From the NCBI GenBank assembly GCA_964468795.1, contig CAYXWL010000001.1:147587-211586 (forward strand): a stretch of DNA of 64,000 nt, read 5' to 3'. Both the position numbers and the translations under genes were made by a program. The stretch is from an uncultured Candidatus Saccharibacteria bacterium (lineage in GTDB: Bacteria > Patescibacteriota > Minisyncoccia > Phycocordibacterales > DATDWN01). Under the pieces are notes generated by a model, which saw only the letters and a program-made list of their open reading frames with translations, had not been told where the DNA came from and ran no database searches. Below are positions 1-10,095 of the stretch, piece after piece; position 1 is the stretch's first letter, and each line of letters starts with the position of its first letter.

Positions 1-377
1 TTTAGAAGAACCGCCTCAGGCTCTGCATCTGCTCCAGCCTCGTCGGCTTTTAGGAACTTTGGTGATGTTGCAGAGACCTGAAGAGCTATGTCTTTGGCTA
101 GTTTCTTGAACTCTTCGTTGTTAGCAACGAAGTCAGTCTCACACAATAATTCTACCATAGCTCCGATAGTTCCAGTAGAGTGTACGTATGTTGCAATAGT
201 ACCTGCGCCTAGGGCTCGATCGCTCTTTTTGCCAGCAATTTCAGCACTTTTTGACTGTAGAAGCCCCTTTGCCTTTGAGATATCCCCACCTGCCTCATCT
301 AGTGCCTTTCGACACTGCATGATAGACACGCCAGTCTCGTCTCGCAATTGCTTTACAAGTTCCGTTGTGATTTCCAT
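1..377 (-). CDS. tsf: Translation elongation factor Ts (3' end runs off window)
   Basis: Manual translation of minus strand from ATG at 377: MEITTELVKQLRDETGVSIMQCRKALDEAGGD...ELLCETDFVA; directly downstream of rpsB. Confidence 0.95.
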   Translation of the reverse strand, partial: MEITTELVKQLRDETGVSIMQCRKALDEAGGDISKAKGLLQSKSAEIAGKKSDRALGAGTIATYVHSTGTIGAMVELLCETDFVANNEEFKKLAKDIALQVSATSPKFLKADEAGADAEPEAVLL

Positions 378-406
378 ATTTTATTAAATTAAAAGTAGCC
401 TACTAA

Positions 407-1129
407 TTATACAGTAGCAGTTGGTTTCTTCAACTGTCCGGCCTTGTAAGCCTCAACCATTTTTGATAGGAAAAATTCGATGCTTGCTTTTGAAGAATCG
501 TTTCCTGGAATAGCATACTCTACTTCGTTTAGATTGTTGTCAGTTCCGCAAAGTGCAACGACTGGTATGCCCATTTTCTTTGCCTCTTTTACAGCGATAG
601 ACTCCTTCTTTGCATCAACTACGAATATTGCTTCTGGAAGCCTCTTCATTGCAGATAGTCCGAAGAAAAATTCTTTCAGCTTGTTTATCTCTCGATCAAT
701 AAGAAGCCTCTCTTTCTTTGTATACTTTACAAGCTCTCCCTTTTCTTTCTGTGATACCCAAGACTCAAGCTTTTCAACTCGCTTTCGGATCTCTGGGAAG
801 TTAGTCAAAGTTCCGCCGATAAATCTTCCGGCAACATATGGCTGATTTATGCTTTCTGCTGCAGATGTAACAGCTGACTTGGCTTCGTTCTTTCCGCTTA
901 TAAATAGGATTTGTCCGCCTCGAGATGCTACTGATTCTACGTACTCAATAGCTTTTTTTAGATTATCTACTGTCTTTTCTAGATCTAGTATTTCAATCTT
1001 GTTTTTAACACCATAAATAAATGGCTTTACTGAAGGGTGTCGTCTAGATTTTATAAAGCCAAAGTGCGCTCCTGCAGAAAAAAGAGCGTCTACCAAATTA
1101 TTTGAATTATTTGTATCAGTTTTATTCAT
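407..1129 (-). CDS. rpsB: 30S ribosomal protein S2
   Basis: AGAHFG, RFIGGTLTNF, IPGNDSS motifs; rpsB-tsf synteny. Confidence 0.97.
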   Translation of the reverse strand: MNKTDTNNSNNLVDALFSAGAHFGFIKSRRHPSVKPFIYGVKNKIEILDLEKTVDNLKKAIEYVESVASRGGQILFISGKNEAKSAVTSAAESINQPYVAGRFIGGTLTNFPEIRKRVEKLESWVSQKEKGELVKYTKKERLLIDREINKLKEFFFGLSAMKRLPEAIFVVDAKKESIAVKEAKKMGIPVVALCGTDNNLNEVEYAIPGNDSSKASIEFFLSKMVEAYKAGQLKKPTATV

Positions 1130-1264
1130 TATTGTTTTAAATCAATCCCTATTGGGACAGGCAACTTTCTGTGCCTTGTGATTCCTAATTTTGTTATTTT
1201 TATTAATTATCGCACTTTCTTGCGAGGGTAAAAATATACCAAAATATTGGCTTTTTTGCAATAC

Positions 1265-2239
1265 TTACTCCTCGTCAGCACCTTCTTTTACCTCTCCGTT
1301 AAAATTCTCCATAGCCTCGATAATAGGATCTATTTCACCTGCTAGAATCTTTGTAATGTTATGCCACGACTGCTTTATCCTATGGTCTGTAATCCTGTCC
1401 TGAAGGATGTTGTATGTTCTTATTTTTTCTGACCTATCTGCCGTACCAATTTGCGACTTTCTATCAGCAGAATATTTTGCAGCCTCCTCCTCTTCTTTTT
1501 TTGCCTCAAGCTTTGCAATTAGGATACTCATGGCAGCTTCCCTGTTTTTAAGCTGGCTTCTCTGAGAGGTAGACCTCACATCTATACCAGTAGGTTTGTG
1601 TATGATTCGCACTGCAGTTTCCACCTTGTTTACGTTTTGACCTCCTGCTCCGCCTGAACGCGAGGTTTCAATCTCCAAATCTGATTGAGGTATTACAAGT
1701 TTAGTTTTCTTTCGCAATGGCAAAATAGCTACTGAGGCGGTAGAGGTGTGCACTCGTCCCATTTTCTCCGTAGCAGGAATTCTTTGTACTCTGTGAACTC
1801 CTGTTTCAAATCTAAGTTTTTTGTATACGTCTCTGCCGTGTATTTCAAAGGAAGCCTCTTTATATCCTCCGACAGGACTCAAAGATTCATCAACTTTTAG
1901 AACTGTCCAGCCGTGATCTTCTGCATACTTTGTATACATATGAGCAAGCTCTTCGGCAAAGAGCGAGGCCTCTTCGCCCCCAGCACCCGCACGAACTTCG
2001 AGGATAATCTCGTTGGGAAATTCATCTTCTTTTTCTTCTTGTGCAATAATTTCCTCCATTTGCTTGTATAAAGCATCTTTCTGAACCTTTATTGACTCAA
2101 GCTCTTCTTTAGCCAAATCAGCAAGAGACGGATCGCCAGCAATCATATCCTCTGTAGACTTTTCGTCGCTCAAAAGCTTCTTGTAGCTTTCTGCAAGGTA
2201 AGTAGTCTTTGGATTTTGTAGGAATTTATCTAAGTCCAT
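1265..2239 (-). CDS. prfA: Peptide chain release factor 1 (short N-terminus)
   Basis: GAGGQNVNK (GGQ), RIPATE (PxT anticodon mimic), RSEKIRTYN. Confidence 0.95.
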   Translation of the reverse strand: MDLDKFLQNPKTTYLAESYKKLLSDEKSTEDMIAGDPSLADLAKEELESIKVQKDALYKQMEEIIAQEEKEDEFPNEIILEVRAGAGGEEASLFAEELAHMYTKYAEDHGWTVLKVDESLSPVGGYKEASFEIHGRDVYKKLRFETGVHRVQRIPATEKMGRVHTSTASVAILPLRKKTKLVIPQSDLEIETSRSGGAGGQNVNKVETAVRIIHKPTGIDVRSTSQRSQLKNREAAMSILIAKLEAKKEEEEAAKYSADRKSQIGTADRSEKIRTYNILQDRITDHRIKQSWHNITKILAGEIDPIIEAMENFNGEVKEGADEE

Positions 2240-2259
2240 GATGTGTATTATAACAACAA

Positions 2260-2374
2260 AGTCTTGTCGTGGTCATATACATTTTAGAGACTTCGCAGGC
2301 GGGTAGCCGAGGCTTGAGGAAAATCGTACCAACGATTTATCCGTGCTCTAAAATGTATGTGACGAGACAAGACT
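2260..2374. repeat. Intergenic nested-hairpin element, family A copy 1
   Basis: Imperfect outer inverted repeat enclosing core GAGACTTCGCAGGCGGGTAGCCGAGGCTTGAGGA...ATCCGTGCTC, also at 6321-6383. Confidence 0.85.
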
Positions 2375-2390
2375 CGTGAATGTGAAAACG

Positions 2391-2657
2391 TTATTTTGAA
2401 GCTTTTGCTTTGGCCTTTGCAACCTTTGCTCTAAACTTCTCAGCTCGTCCAGCTGTATCTAGAGACTTCTCGTTTCCAGTGTAGAATGGGTGACTTGCTG
2501 AAGAGATTTCTAGTCGAAATACTGGGTATTCCTTTCCATCCTTTGCTTTTGCCTTTTCTGTTGTGTGAACTGTAGACGCAATAATAAACTCGGCACCGTT
2601 TGAGTTGTCGATAAATAGAACTGGTCTGTAGTTTTCTGGGTGAATTTCCTTTTTCAT
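2391..2657 (-). CDS. rpmE2: 50S ribosomal protein L31 type B (zinc-free)
   Basis: MKKEIHPENYRPVLF...EISSASHPFYTG...GRAEKF, no Cys. Confidence 0.93.
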   Translation of the reverse strand: MKKEIHPENYRPVLFIDNSNGAEFIIASTVHTTEKAKAKDGKEYPVFRLEISSASHPFYTGNEKSLDTAGRAEKFRAKVAKAKAKASK

Positions 2658-2728
2658 TGCCTATGTAAGATACCAAAAAGCCTCCATTTTGGCAAGATAT
2701 CTGCAAAATTCTGCAATTAATTTTGGCT

Positions 2729-4105
2729 TTATCTCCTTGATACTCCGTACTGCGTTAGGTAATCAATATCAGCCTGTATGCTATTTTTTAGATTCATCAC
2801 GCTTCTTCCATATGAACAGCTTGAGCCTCCACTACCGTAATATTTACATGCCGCCCTTATTTCTCCGCTATATGTTTGGCTAGATGCACCCAAGTCTCCT
2901 AGATACATTGCTGAAGCAGTAAAGGCATCTTCTGGAGACCATGGGTTTGGCTCGTGATTTAATGCGGATCTTAGCCTGTCTTCAAACAGCATCCAAGTTG
3001 AAGCGATGAACTGAGCAGGGCCCATGGCTCCTCCATATCCTCCAGCTCCTGCAATAGGACAAGAAACCACAGTTTTCATAGGATCAAAACCAAGTCTTGA
3101 AGTAATATCAAGAAACGGCTGTATATCCCTGCTTGGTTTCATTAGGTTAGGCCATGTCTTCCCAGATGAAACATTTACTCCCGCACCCGTTGTAGTGTCG
3201 GTTAAGTAACACTTGCCCACATTTGCTCCCAGATTAGACTCTTGTGTAAGTATCGCCAATACAAAAGCTGGTGCAACTCCTGTCCGATTGGAAGCCGAGT
3301 TTGCATAATTTAATGCCGTGCCAAAATCAATTGCCGCACTTCCTCCTGCAAGCTTGAAGAGTTTTGCTTTTATTTCCGCTGCTTTTTTTTGCCTTTCAGC
3401 CAGGATTTGAGAATATGTCTTTTCCTGAGTCTTGCTGACCTGGACCAAGTACTCCTTTTCTTTTTCGTTAGTTTGAACTTTTTTTTGTTCAGCTTCTGCA
3501 GAAGCTTTTGTATCCGCTTCCTTATCTTTTTGAAGGGCTAGAGCATTTTTTTCTTTTTCCGTGAGTTCCTTGTTTGCTCTAAGTTCGTTGAAAACTACCT
3601 TTAGCGAGGCATTAACAGACTTAAAAGTATCAATATCGCTGAAGAAATCTGAAATACTCTGATTGCCGAGCATTACTTCAGGCAGACTATAAGAGTCCAG
3701 ATCTTTTGTTTTTCTCAAGAGCTGTGACAGCGAATCCTGCCCAGCTTGTATTTTCTCCTCAAGAGTTGCAATGTGAGCATTCTTGTTTGCTATGTCCTTT
3801 TCGAGCTGAGCAATGGCTATGTTTTTTTGTTTTATAAATGCTTTAGCCTGGGCAATCTTTGCATTCAATTGCGCAACTTCGCTCTGTAGAGATTTAGTAT
3901 TTGCTTTTGTACTATCCAAAATCGCCTGCCACTTTGCTATGTCAGCCTCAGTCTGAGCCAGCTCTGCACGCCACTGAGCCTCCTGTTCAGCGTCAGTAAT
4001 GGCAGAAGCAGAGTTTGGAAGCAAAAGCCCAAGTGATAATGCGATAGAAATGGAAAGTGCTATGACGTAAGCCTTTTTCAAGCACAAAAATAACCGTATA
4101 GGCAT
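2729..4105 (-). CDS. Secreted coiled-coil protein with C-terminal lytic transglycosylase domain
   Basis: Signal/TM segment, long coiled coil, then QESNLG and GAMGPAQFIASTW SLT motifs. Confidence 0.8.
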   Translation of the reverse strand: MPIRLFLCLKKAYVIALSISIALSLGLLLPNSASAITDAEQEAQWRAELAQTEADIAKWQAILDSTKANTKSLQSEVAQLNAKIAQAKAFIKQKNIAIAQLEKDIANKNAHIATLEEKIQAGQDSLSQLLRKTKDLDSYSLPEVMLGNQSISDFFSDIDTFKSVNASLKVVFNELRANKELTEKEKNALALQKDKEADTKASAEAEQKKVQTNEKEKEYLVQVSKTQEKTYSQILAERQKKAAEIKAKLFKLAGGSAAIDFGTALNYANSASNRTGVAPAFVLAILTQESNLGANVGKCYLTDTTTGAGVNVSSGKTWPNLMKPSRDIQPFLDITSRLGFDPMKTVVSCPIAGAGGYGGAMGPAQFIASTWMLFEDRLRSALNHEPNPWSPEDAFTASAMYLGDLGASSQTYSGEIRAACKYYGSGGSSCSYGRSVMNLKNSIQADIDYLTQYGVSRR

Positions 4106-4199
4106 GGTTGAATTATATCATCAAAAATATTTTCTGTAACTTATTAATAAAGACGGATGCGTGTATTCCATCTTACATTTTTATTACAATATTTAGCTA

Positions 4200-4244
4200 A
4201 AAAAATTACCACATGAGTTTGAAAGTCTTTCATGTGGTAATTTT
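4200..4244 (-). terminator. Probable intrinsic terminator after rplY
   Basis: AAAAATTACCACATGA...TCATGTGGTAATTTTT inverted repeat. Confidence 0.65.
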
Positions 4245-4247
4245 TCT

Positions 4248-4880
4248 TTATTCTGCTGGGACTTCCTCTTCCTCCTTCTTGCCCTTCTTTTCAACTTCGA
4301 TAGCTGATAGATCAACTGGAACTTCCTCCTTCTCTTCTTGAGGAGCGGCAACTGAAGCCACAACCTCCTCAGCATTCTCGACTAGGTCAACTCCCTTTGG
4401 AAGCTCGATCTGAGAAGCTAGTATGACCATTCCAATCTCTTTTAGAGATGAAATATCTACTTTGATATCATGAGGCAAATTCTGTGGCTCTGCAGAAATC
4501 TTTAGCTCGTGCAAAGTCTTGATAAGGTTTCCTCCAAGATCCTTTACTGCAGCAGATACTCCGACGAAATCGAGCGGAACTGCCACTTCAACTTTCTTAC
4601 CCTTTTCGAATACATAAAAGTCTGCATGTCTTGGGGCGTCTGTAATAGGATCAATATCAACATCCTTTAGGAGAGTATCAAATGAACCGGCTGGAGTGAC
4701 TATAGTTATAACTCCTGACTCTCCAGCTTCTCTCCATGACTTCATAAAATCCTTTTGTGAGATAGAAATAGGTGTAGATTCTGTCTTTTTTCCGTAGAAA
4801 ACAGCAGGCATCTTACCCTCCTTTCTCAAGGCCTCTAGGCTTGCAGTCTTATCTCTTTTTTGTGCTTCTAATTTAATCAT
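4248..4880 (-). CDS. rplY: 50S ribosomal protein L25/Ctc
   Basis: LRKEGKMPAVFYGK, HADFY, acidic tail; start reassigned to ATG at 4880. Confidence 0.93.
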   Translation of the reverse strand: MIKLEAQKRDKTASLEALRKEGKMPAVFYGKKTESTPISISQKDFMKSWREAGESGVITIVTPAGSFDTLLKDVDIDPITDAPRHADFYVFEKGKKVEVAVPLDFVGVSAAVKDLGGNLIKTLHELKISAEPQNLPHDIKVDISSLKEIGMVILASQIELPKGVDLVENAEEVVASVAAPQEEKEEVPVDLSAIEVEKKGKKEEEEVPAE

Positions 4881-4967
4881 TCGGCCAGTATATCCAAAAT
4901 AATTCAATAAATCAAGCTTTTTATAACGAATTTGCCTGGCCGTCAAAGTGCGACTGCCAGGCAAAAA

Positions 4968-5180
4968 TCAATTCATGACTATATCCTGAAAACTGTCTCC
5001 CAGAAGCATGCTGAGCTCATCGAGGCCAATCGACAGCCTCCTTGCAAGCTCGACCGAGAAATTTCCATTGATGTAACACTGTAGGCGAATGTCCATGAGA
5101 TCGTCCCTGTCTACCGGATTGCCTGCATAAGCAGACTTTAGCACAGCAGTTGCATACTCTATGCAGAAAACACGACTCAT
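4968..5180 (-). CDS. Small orphan protein (70 aa)
   Basis: Strong SD AGAGGAGGG just before ATG at 5180; fills gap between fba and rplY. Confidence 0.55.
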   Translation of the reverse strand: MSRVFCIEYATAVLKSAYAGNPVDRDDLMDIRLQCYINGNFSVELARRLSIGLDELSMLLGDSFQDIVMN

Positions 5181-5224
5181 GAGCCCTCCTCTACCACTAT
5201 TGCACAAATGTTACTTTTTTCAAA

Positions 5225-6091
5225 CTAGAAATTATTGAAGAACCTCAGCTTCTTATCTACAACTTCTTGAACTGACTTCACTGAAGTTTTTAGGAATTTG
5301 TATGGTGCTACCTCGTCTGGATTTTCAGACAGGCCTTTCATTAGGCCCTGTTTGTATGCTACTCGTATTTCTGTATTTATATGAACAATAGCTATGCCGT
5401 TTGCAATAGACTGCTTGAAATCATCTTCTGAATTTCCCGAACCTCCATGTAAAACAAGCGGAATACCAGTTATTTCTGCAATTTCCTTTACACGAACAAT
5501 ATTCAGCTTTGGATCAACTCCACCCTTGAGCATTCCATGAAAATTCCCTACTGCAGGCGCAAGCATGTCTATTCCGGTAAGCAAAACAAACTCCTTTGCT
5601 TTTTCTGGATTTGTTAGCGAGCTTTCATCAAGCATAACTCCTTCTGGTATTTCATCTAGCACTTTTGATGACTGGCCTATGTAGCCAAGCTCTGCTTCAA
5701 CCAAGACTTCTTTTCCGGAATTCCTAGCATACTCAACGCACTGCTTGGTCAATTTTACATTTTCCTCAAAGGAAAGCTTCGCACCATCAATGATCACCGA
5801 ATCAAATCCCGCATCAATCGCCTCTTTTACCCTGTCGAAGGAGTAAGTATGGTCAGCATTTAAGTAAATTGGATAATCAAACTCTTCTCTGATGCTTTTG
5901 ACCAAGGCCACTGCCTGCCTAACCCCAACAAAGTCCCTCTCGCCTTCCGAAACTCCAATTATTACTGGAACATTTAGGTTCTGTGCGGCCCTGAATATTC
6001 CCCATAAAGCTTCTAAGTTAGAAATATTAAAATGGCCTATTGCTACTTTTTTCTCTCGTGCTTCCTGCACAGATTGTTTCAGTGTTTTCAT
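5225..6091 (-). CDS. fba: Class II fructose/tagatose-bisphosphate aldolase
   Basis: NADH (HLDH-equivalent), EAELG, GNFHG, LVLHGGSG, HINTE. Confidence 0.92.
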   Translation of the reverse strand: MKTLKQSVQEAREKKVAIGHFNISNLEALWGIFRAAQNLNVPVIIGVSEGERDFVGVRQAVALVKSIREEFDYPIYLNADHTYSFDRVKEAIDAGFDSVIIDGAKLSFEENVKLTKQCVEYARNSGKEVLVEAELGYIGQSSKVLDEIPEGVMLDESSLTNPEKAKEFVLLTGIDMLAPAVGNFHGMLKGGVDPKLNIVRVKEIAEITGIPLVLHGGSGNSEDDFKQSIANGIAIVHINTEIRVAYKQGLMKGLSENPDEVAPYKFLKTSVKSVQEVVDKKLRFFNNF

Positions 6092-6103
6092 GAAATTTAT
6101 TAT

Positions 6104-6289
6104 AACATATCATTTTTAAGACACGCATATTTGTTTGATAACAAATTGCTACGCTCGGAAATCAAGAAAACAATCTTCTCGTTCCGGTGCCTTCTCGCAA
6201 ACTCGCTATCGCTCAAACAGTGCTCCAGGCACTCTTCCACTCGTCGTTGTTTTCTAATTTCCTGTGCGATGTCTAAAAAATGTTATGTT
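6104..6289. repeat. Intergenic nested-hairpin element
   Basis: Outer arms AACATATCATTTTTAAGACA / TGTCTAAAAAATGTTATGTT; inner arms GGAAATCAAGAAAACAA / TTGTTTTCTAATTTCC. Confidence 0.7.
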
Positions 6290-6305
6290 GTAAGCACTTC
6301 GTTGA

Positions 6306-6398
6306 CCCATATTATTTTAGGAGACTTCGCAAGGCGGGTAGCCGAGACTTGAGGAATTTTTCAGCAGAAAAATATCCGTGCTCCTAAAATGATATGGG
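6306..6398. repeat. Intergenic nested-hairpin element, family A copy 2
   Basis: Core nearly identical to 2287-2348, with different but self-complementary stems. Confidence 0.85.
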
Positions 6399-6444
6399 GA
6401 GAAAGAAGTGCGGTAGTTGAGAACAATTTGTTATAATAAATTTT

Positions 6445-7437
6445 ATGAAAAATATTGATATGCTCGCTATCGGAGACGTGGTGATAGATGCTTTTATCAG
6501 ACTAGAAGATGCGGAAGTAAATTGCGATATAGACAAGCAGAACTGCAAGCTTTGCGTGAGATTTGGAGACAAGGTGCCATACGAATCAGTTGAGATCTGC
6601 AACGCGGTGGGAAACAGCGCAAACGCTGCCGTATCAGCATCACGACTTGGACTCAGCTCTGCTCTATTTACATATATTGGAGATGATCAAAACGGAAAAG
6701 ATTGCCTCGAGTCACTTAGAAAAGACGGAGTGCATGTTGATTACATACAGGCCCAAGCCGGAAAGAAGACAAATTATCACTATGTGCTTTGGTACGACGT
6801 TGATAGAACTATTTTAGTAAAGCACGAACATTTCAATTATGACTTTTCGAACGTTGAGCCTCCAAAATGGATATACCTCAGCTCTCTTTCAGAAAACTCT
6901 TTGGACTTCCACATGCAAATTGCAGATTTTTTGGAAAAAAACCCTGATGTAAAACTTGCTTTCCAGCCTGGAACTTTCCAAATGAGAATGGGCAAGGAAA
7001 AACTTTACAGAGTATATAACCGAACAGATATTTTCTTTTGCAATGTTGAAGAGGCACAGCTCATCTTGGGCGAAACGTCTCGAGAATTGCCTGTACTCAT
7101 GAAAGGTATTGCAGCGCTCGGCCCAAAGATCATCGTAATCACCGACGGATTTGCAGGAGCTTACGCAATGAGAGCAGAAAAAGAAGAAGAAATATTGTTC
7201 ATGCCGGTTTACCCACACACTCCATTTGAAAGGACAGGTGCAGGAGATGCTTATGCATCAACAGTTGTTTCAGCACTTGCTATGGGTGAGACTTTGGAGA
7301 CTGCACTAACATGGGCACCAATAAACTCTATGTCTGTAGTACAGCAAGTTGGCGCACAAAAAGGATTGCTTACACTAGAAAAATTAAAAGACTACCTAGC
7401 AAAAGCTCCCGAGGATTATAAACTCGGAAAGTTATAG
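6445..7437 (+). CDS. PfkB-family carbohydrate kinase
   Basis: GNSANAAVSASRLGL, FCNVEEA, ITDG, ERTGAGDAY. Confidence 0.9.
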   Translation: MKNIDMLAIGDVVIDAFIRLEDAEVNCDIDKQNCKLCVRFGDKVPYESVEICNAVGNSANAAVSASRLGLSSALFTYIGDDQNGKDCLESLRKDGVHVDYIQAQAGKKTNYHYVLWYDVDRTILVKHEHFNYDFSNVEPPKWIYLSSLSENSLDFHMQIADFLEKNPDVKLAFQPGTFQMRMGKEKLYRVYNRTDIFFCNVEEAQLILGETSRELPVLMKGIAALGPKIIVITDGFAGAYAMRAEKEEEILFMPVYPHTPFERTGAGDAYASTVVSALAMGETLETALTWAPINSMSVVQQVGAQKGLLTLEKLKDYLAKAPEDYKLGKL

Positions 7438-7440
7438 ACG

Positions 7441-7466
7441 AAAGCGCGGGTTCCCCCGCGCTTTTT
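7441..7466. terminator. Bidirectional terminator between pfkB and tkt
   Basis: AAAGCGCGGG-ttcc-CCCGCGCTTT between convergent genes. Confidence 0.8.
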
Positions 7467-7478
7467 CATTAAAATAAT

Positions 7479-8474
7479 TTATTTTCTTCCTATTACTTTC
7501 TTTACTGTTTTTACAATATCTTCCTCACCCATTCCGTAATGCTCGATAAGTTCATCCTGCGTACCAGACTGCCCGAACAAATCCCTTACACCGATTCTTT
7601 CCATCGGTACTGGCATATTTTCTACTAAAACTTCTGCAACAGCCCCGCCGAGTCCTCCATTTATCTGATGCTCCTCAACAGTTACTATCGCTCCGCAAGT
7701 TTCTGCGATTTTTATTATGCTCTCCTTATCAATAGGTTTTATTGTTGAAATATTTAAAACTTTTGCCGAGATTCCGTCTTTCTTTAGCATCTCTGCACTC
7801 TTTAAAGCTCTGTAAACTAAGGCTCCTGTAGCAATAATCCCAACCTCTGCTTTTCCATTTTCATCACCGTAATAAAGCTGTGCTTTTCCAACCTCGAATG
7901 GAGTTTCGTCTGTTGTGATGACTGGAGTTTTTTCTCGTGCCAGCCTTATATAAACAGGTTTGCCAAGTTTTGCAGAAGCTATTGTGGCTTTGCGTGCCTC
8001 AATATGATCGCACGGAGAAATTACTATCATGTTTGGTATGACACGAGTTATCGCAATGTCTTCTATGGCTTGGTGTGTTCCGCCATCTGGTCCCACCGAA
8101 ACTCCTGCATGGCTTCCAGCAATTATTACTGGCCTATCGTTGTAGCAAATTGTGGTTCGTATCTGCTCCCAGTTTCTTCCAGGAGAAAACATCGCATAGC
8201 TTGAGATAAATGGAATTTTACCCATGGCAGACATGCCACTAGCAACAGATGCCATGTTTTGTTCAGCTATTCCTATTTCAACAAATCGCTCAGGAAATTT
8301 TTCGGCAAACAAGTTCATCTTTGTTGATTCGGTAAGATCTGCGCAAAGACCAACGACTCTAGTGTCATTTTCTCCTGCAATCAAAAGCCCATCACCAAAA
8401 CCCTTTCGGATAGGCGCCTGCTCCACTTTTTTATGAAACAATTTCGAATTTAGTTTTTGATTTGAGTTTATCAT
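7479..8474 (-). CDS. Transketolase C-terminal subunit
   Basis: GIAEQNM, GPDGGTHQ, VEEHQINGGLG. Confidence 0.92.
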   Translation of the reverse strand: MINSNQKLNSKLFHKKVEQAPIRKGFGDGLLIAGENDTRVVGLCADLTESTKMNLFAEKFPERFVEIGIAEQNMASVASGMSAMGKIPFISSYAMFSPGRNWEQIRTTICYNDRPVIIAGSHAGVSVGPDGGTHQAIEDIAITRVIPNMIVISPCDHIEARKATIASAKLGKPVYIRLAREKTPVITTDETPFEVGKAQLYYGDENGKAEVGIIATGALVYRALKSAEMLKKDGISAKVLNISTIKPIDKESIIKIAETCGAIVTVEEHQINGGLGGAVAEVLVENMPVPMERIGVRDLFGQSGTQDELIEHYGMGEEDIVKTVKKVIGRK

Positions 8475-8475
8475 T

Positions 8476-9375
8476 TTATTCGTGCTCGGAAACTATTTGT
8501 CCTCCCAATGTTCGAAGCTCTCGCAAAGCAATCTTCTCCTGTTCGTCTTTTGGGGGTTCGCCTGGAATCTCTGTGCCTGGAGGATTTCCATGCCACTTGT
8601 AGTCGCGTTCCATGAAAGAAACACCTTTGCCTGGAATAGTTCTCGCAACTATTACGCTTGGGCCATCAAAGACAGCCTGCGCCCTGCCGATAGCGGAAAC
8701 TATTTCTTCGAATGAGTGTCCATTTATTTCCTCTGCATGCCAGCCAAAGCTTTCAAACTTGTGCACCACAGAATCTAAGGGCATAACATCTTCTGTGTAA
8801 CCGTCTATCTGAATATTATTCCTATCCACTATTGCAATTAAATTTCCAAGTCTCTCTTTACCTGCAAGCATTATTGCTTCCCAATTTTGTCCCTCATCAA
8901 GCTCTCCATCGCCCAAAAGACAATAAAAAAATCTATCTGAAGATTTGCCGTTATCCATTCTATCAGCGATAGCCATGCCCACCGCCTGAGAAAGACCTGA
9001 ACCAAGAGGACCTGAAGATGTTTCAAGCATTGGCAAGTATTCCCTGTGCGGGTGACCCTGAAGTCTTGAACCAAATTTTCTCAGAGTTAATAGTTCTGAA
9101 ACAGGAAAATACCCAGCATGTGCCATAGTTGCATACAAAACTGGATTTATATGTCCGTTTGAAAGTATGAGCCTATCCCTATCTTTCCAAAAAGGGTCTT
9201 GAGGATTGTGGCGCATTATAAAAAAGTACAACGCTGTGAAAATATCTGCCATACCAAGGGGTCCTGCCGAGTGGCCTGAACCGGCAGAAACAAGCATTTC
9301 TATTATTGAAATCCTTATCTCGCGCGCTTTTTCTTCGAGGAATTTTATTTTCTCATCAGTGAGATTGTTTGCCAT
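8476..9375 (-). CDS. Transketolase N-terminal (TPP-binding) subunit
   Basis: DRLILSNGH, LQGHP, GDGELDEGQNWEA. Confidence 0.92.
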   Translation of the reverse strand: MANNLTDEKIKFLEEKAREIRISIIEMLVSAGSGHSAGPLGMADIFTALYFFIMRHNPQDPFWKDRDRLILSNGHINPVLYATMAHAGYFPVSELLTLRKFGSRLQGHPHREYLPMLETSSGPLGSGLSQAVGMAIADRMDNGKSSDRFFYCLLGDGELDEGQNWEAIMLAGKERLGNLIAIVDRNNIQIDGYTEDVMPLDSVVHKFESFGWHAEEINGHSFEEIVSAIGRAQAVFDGPSVIVARTIPGKGVSFMERDYKWHGNPPGTEIPGEPPKDEQEKIALRELRTLGGQIVSEHE

Positions 9376-9426
9376 CAAAATAATTATACCCTACACGCAG
9401 GCAATAACAATATAATTGTTCAGATT

Positions 9427-10095
9427 TTAAAAAGAGAGTTCGTTATAAGCCTCTTCTGGGCTTTGAGATTCCAATATTGCTGATCCTGAAATAAGCTTGT
9501 TTGCCCCTGCTTCTACTAGAATGTCCTTGGTTTCCATGTTTACACCGATATCAATTGCAATTATTTTTTCTGGATATTTTTCTCTAAGAATTTTTATTTT
9601 TTCTATTGCAGATTCATCCAGCTCTACTCCATGGTTGCCCAACGCATTGCTTCCCATCACTTGTATGAAATTCGCTATTCCAGCGACTTCTTCCAGCCTT
9701 TCAACATCGGTCCCAGGTTTTATAGCTACCCCGATTGAAACTTCGTTTTTATCGCAAATTTCTTTTATTTTTCGAAAATCAGAAATTGTTTCAATGTGAC
9801 AGACAACTGCAGATATTCCAGTATGAACCCAATCAAGCAAAACTTCCTCTGGCTTTTCTACCATAAGGTGCAATTCTACATCCACATCCTCCCATTTTGG
9901 CCAGCCAACCTCTTCACTTTTGAGTTTTTCAAAATATTCCTTATCCTGTCCGTTGTATGGCCAAGTTTTTGTCCTTGTAAAAACTCCATCGGAAATATCT
10001 ACCTGAACAGTGTCGGCGAAAGCAGAAACCGTTGAAATCTCTTCTTCAAGCTGGGATTTGTTAAATGGAATGACAGCTGGTACTACTTTTATCAT
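9427..10095 (-). CDS. rpe: Ribulose-phosphate 3-epimerase (divergent)
   Basis: VDISDGVF, ELHLMV, IDIGVN, SGSAI. Confidence 0.85.
   Translation of the reverse strand: MIKVVPAVIPFNKSQLEEEISTVSAFADTVQVDISDGVFTRTKTWPYNGQDKEYFEKLKSEEVGWPKWEDVDVELHLMVEKPEEVLLDWVHTGISAVVCHIETISDFRKIKEICDKNEVSIGVAIKPGTDVERLEEVAGIANFIQVMGSNALGNHGVELDESAIEKIKILREKYPEKIIAIDIGVNMETKDILVEAGANKLISGSAILESQSPEEAYNELSF

Noticed and set aside
1141-1190. rpsB autoregulatory leader
   Set aside because: Two small hairpins are present, but I cannot match the known S2 leader consensus
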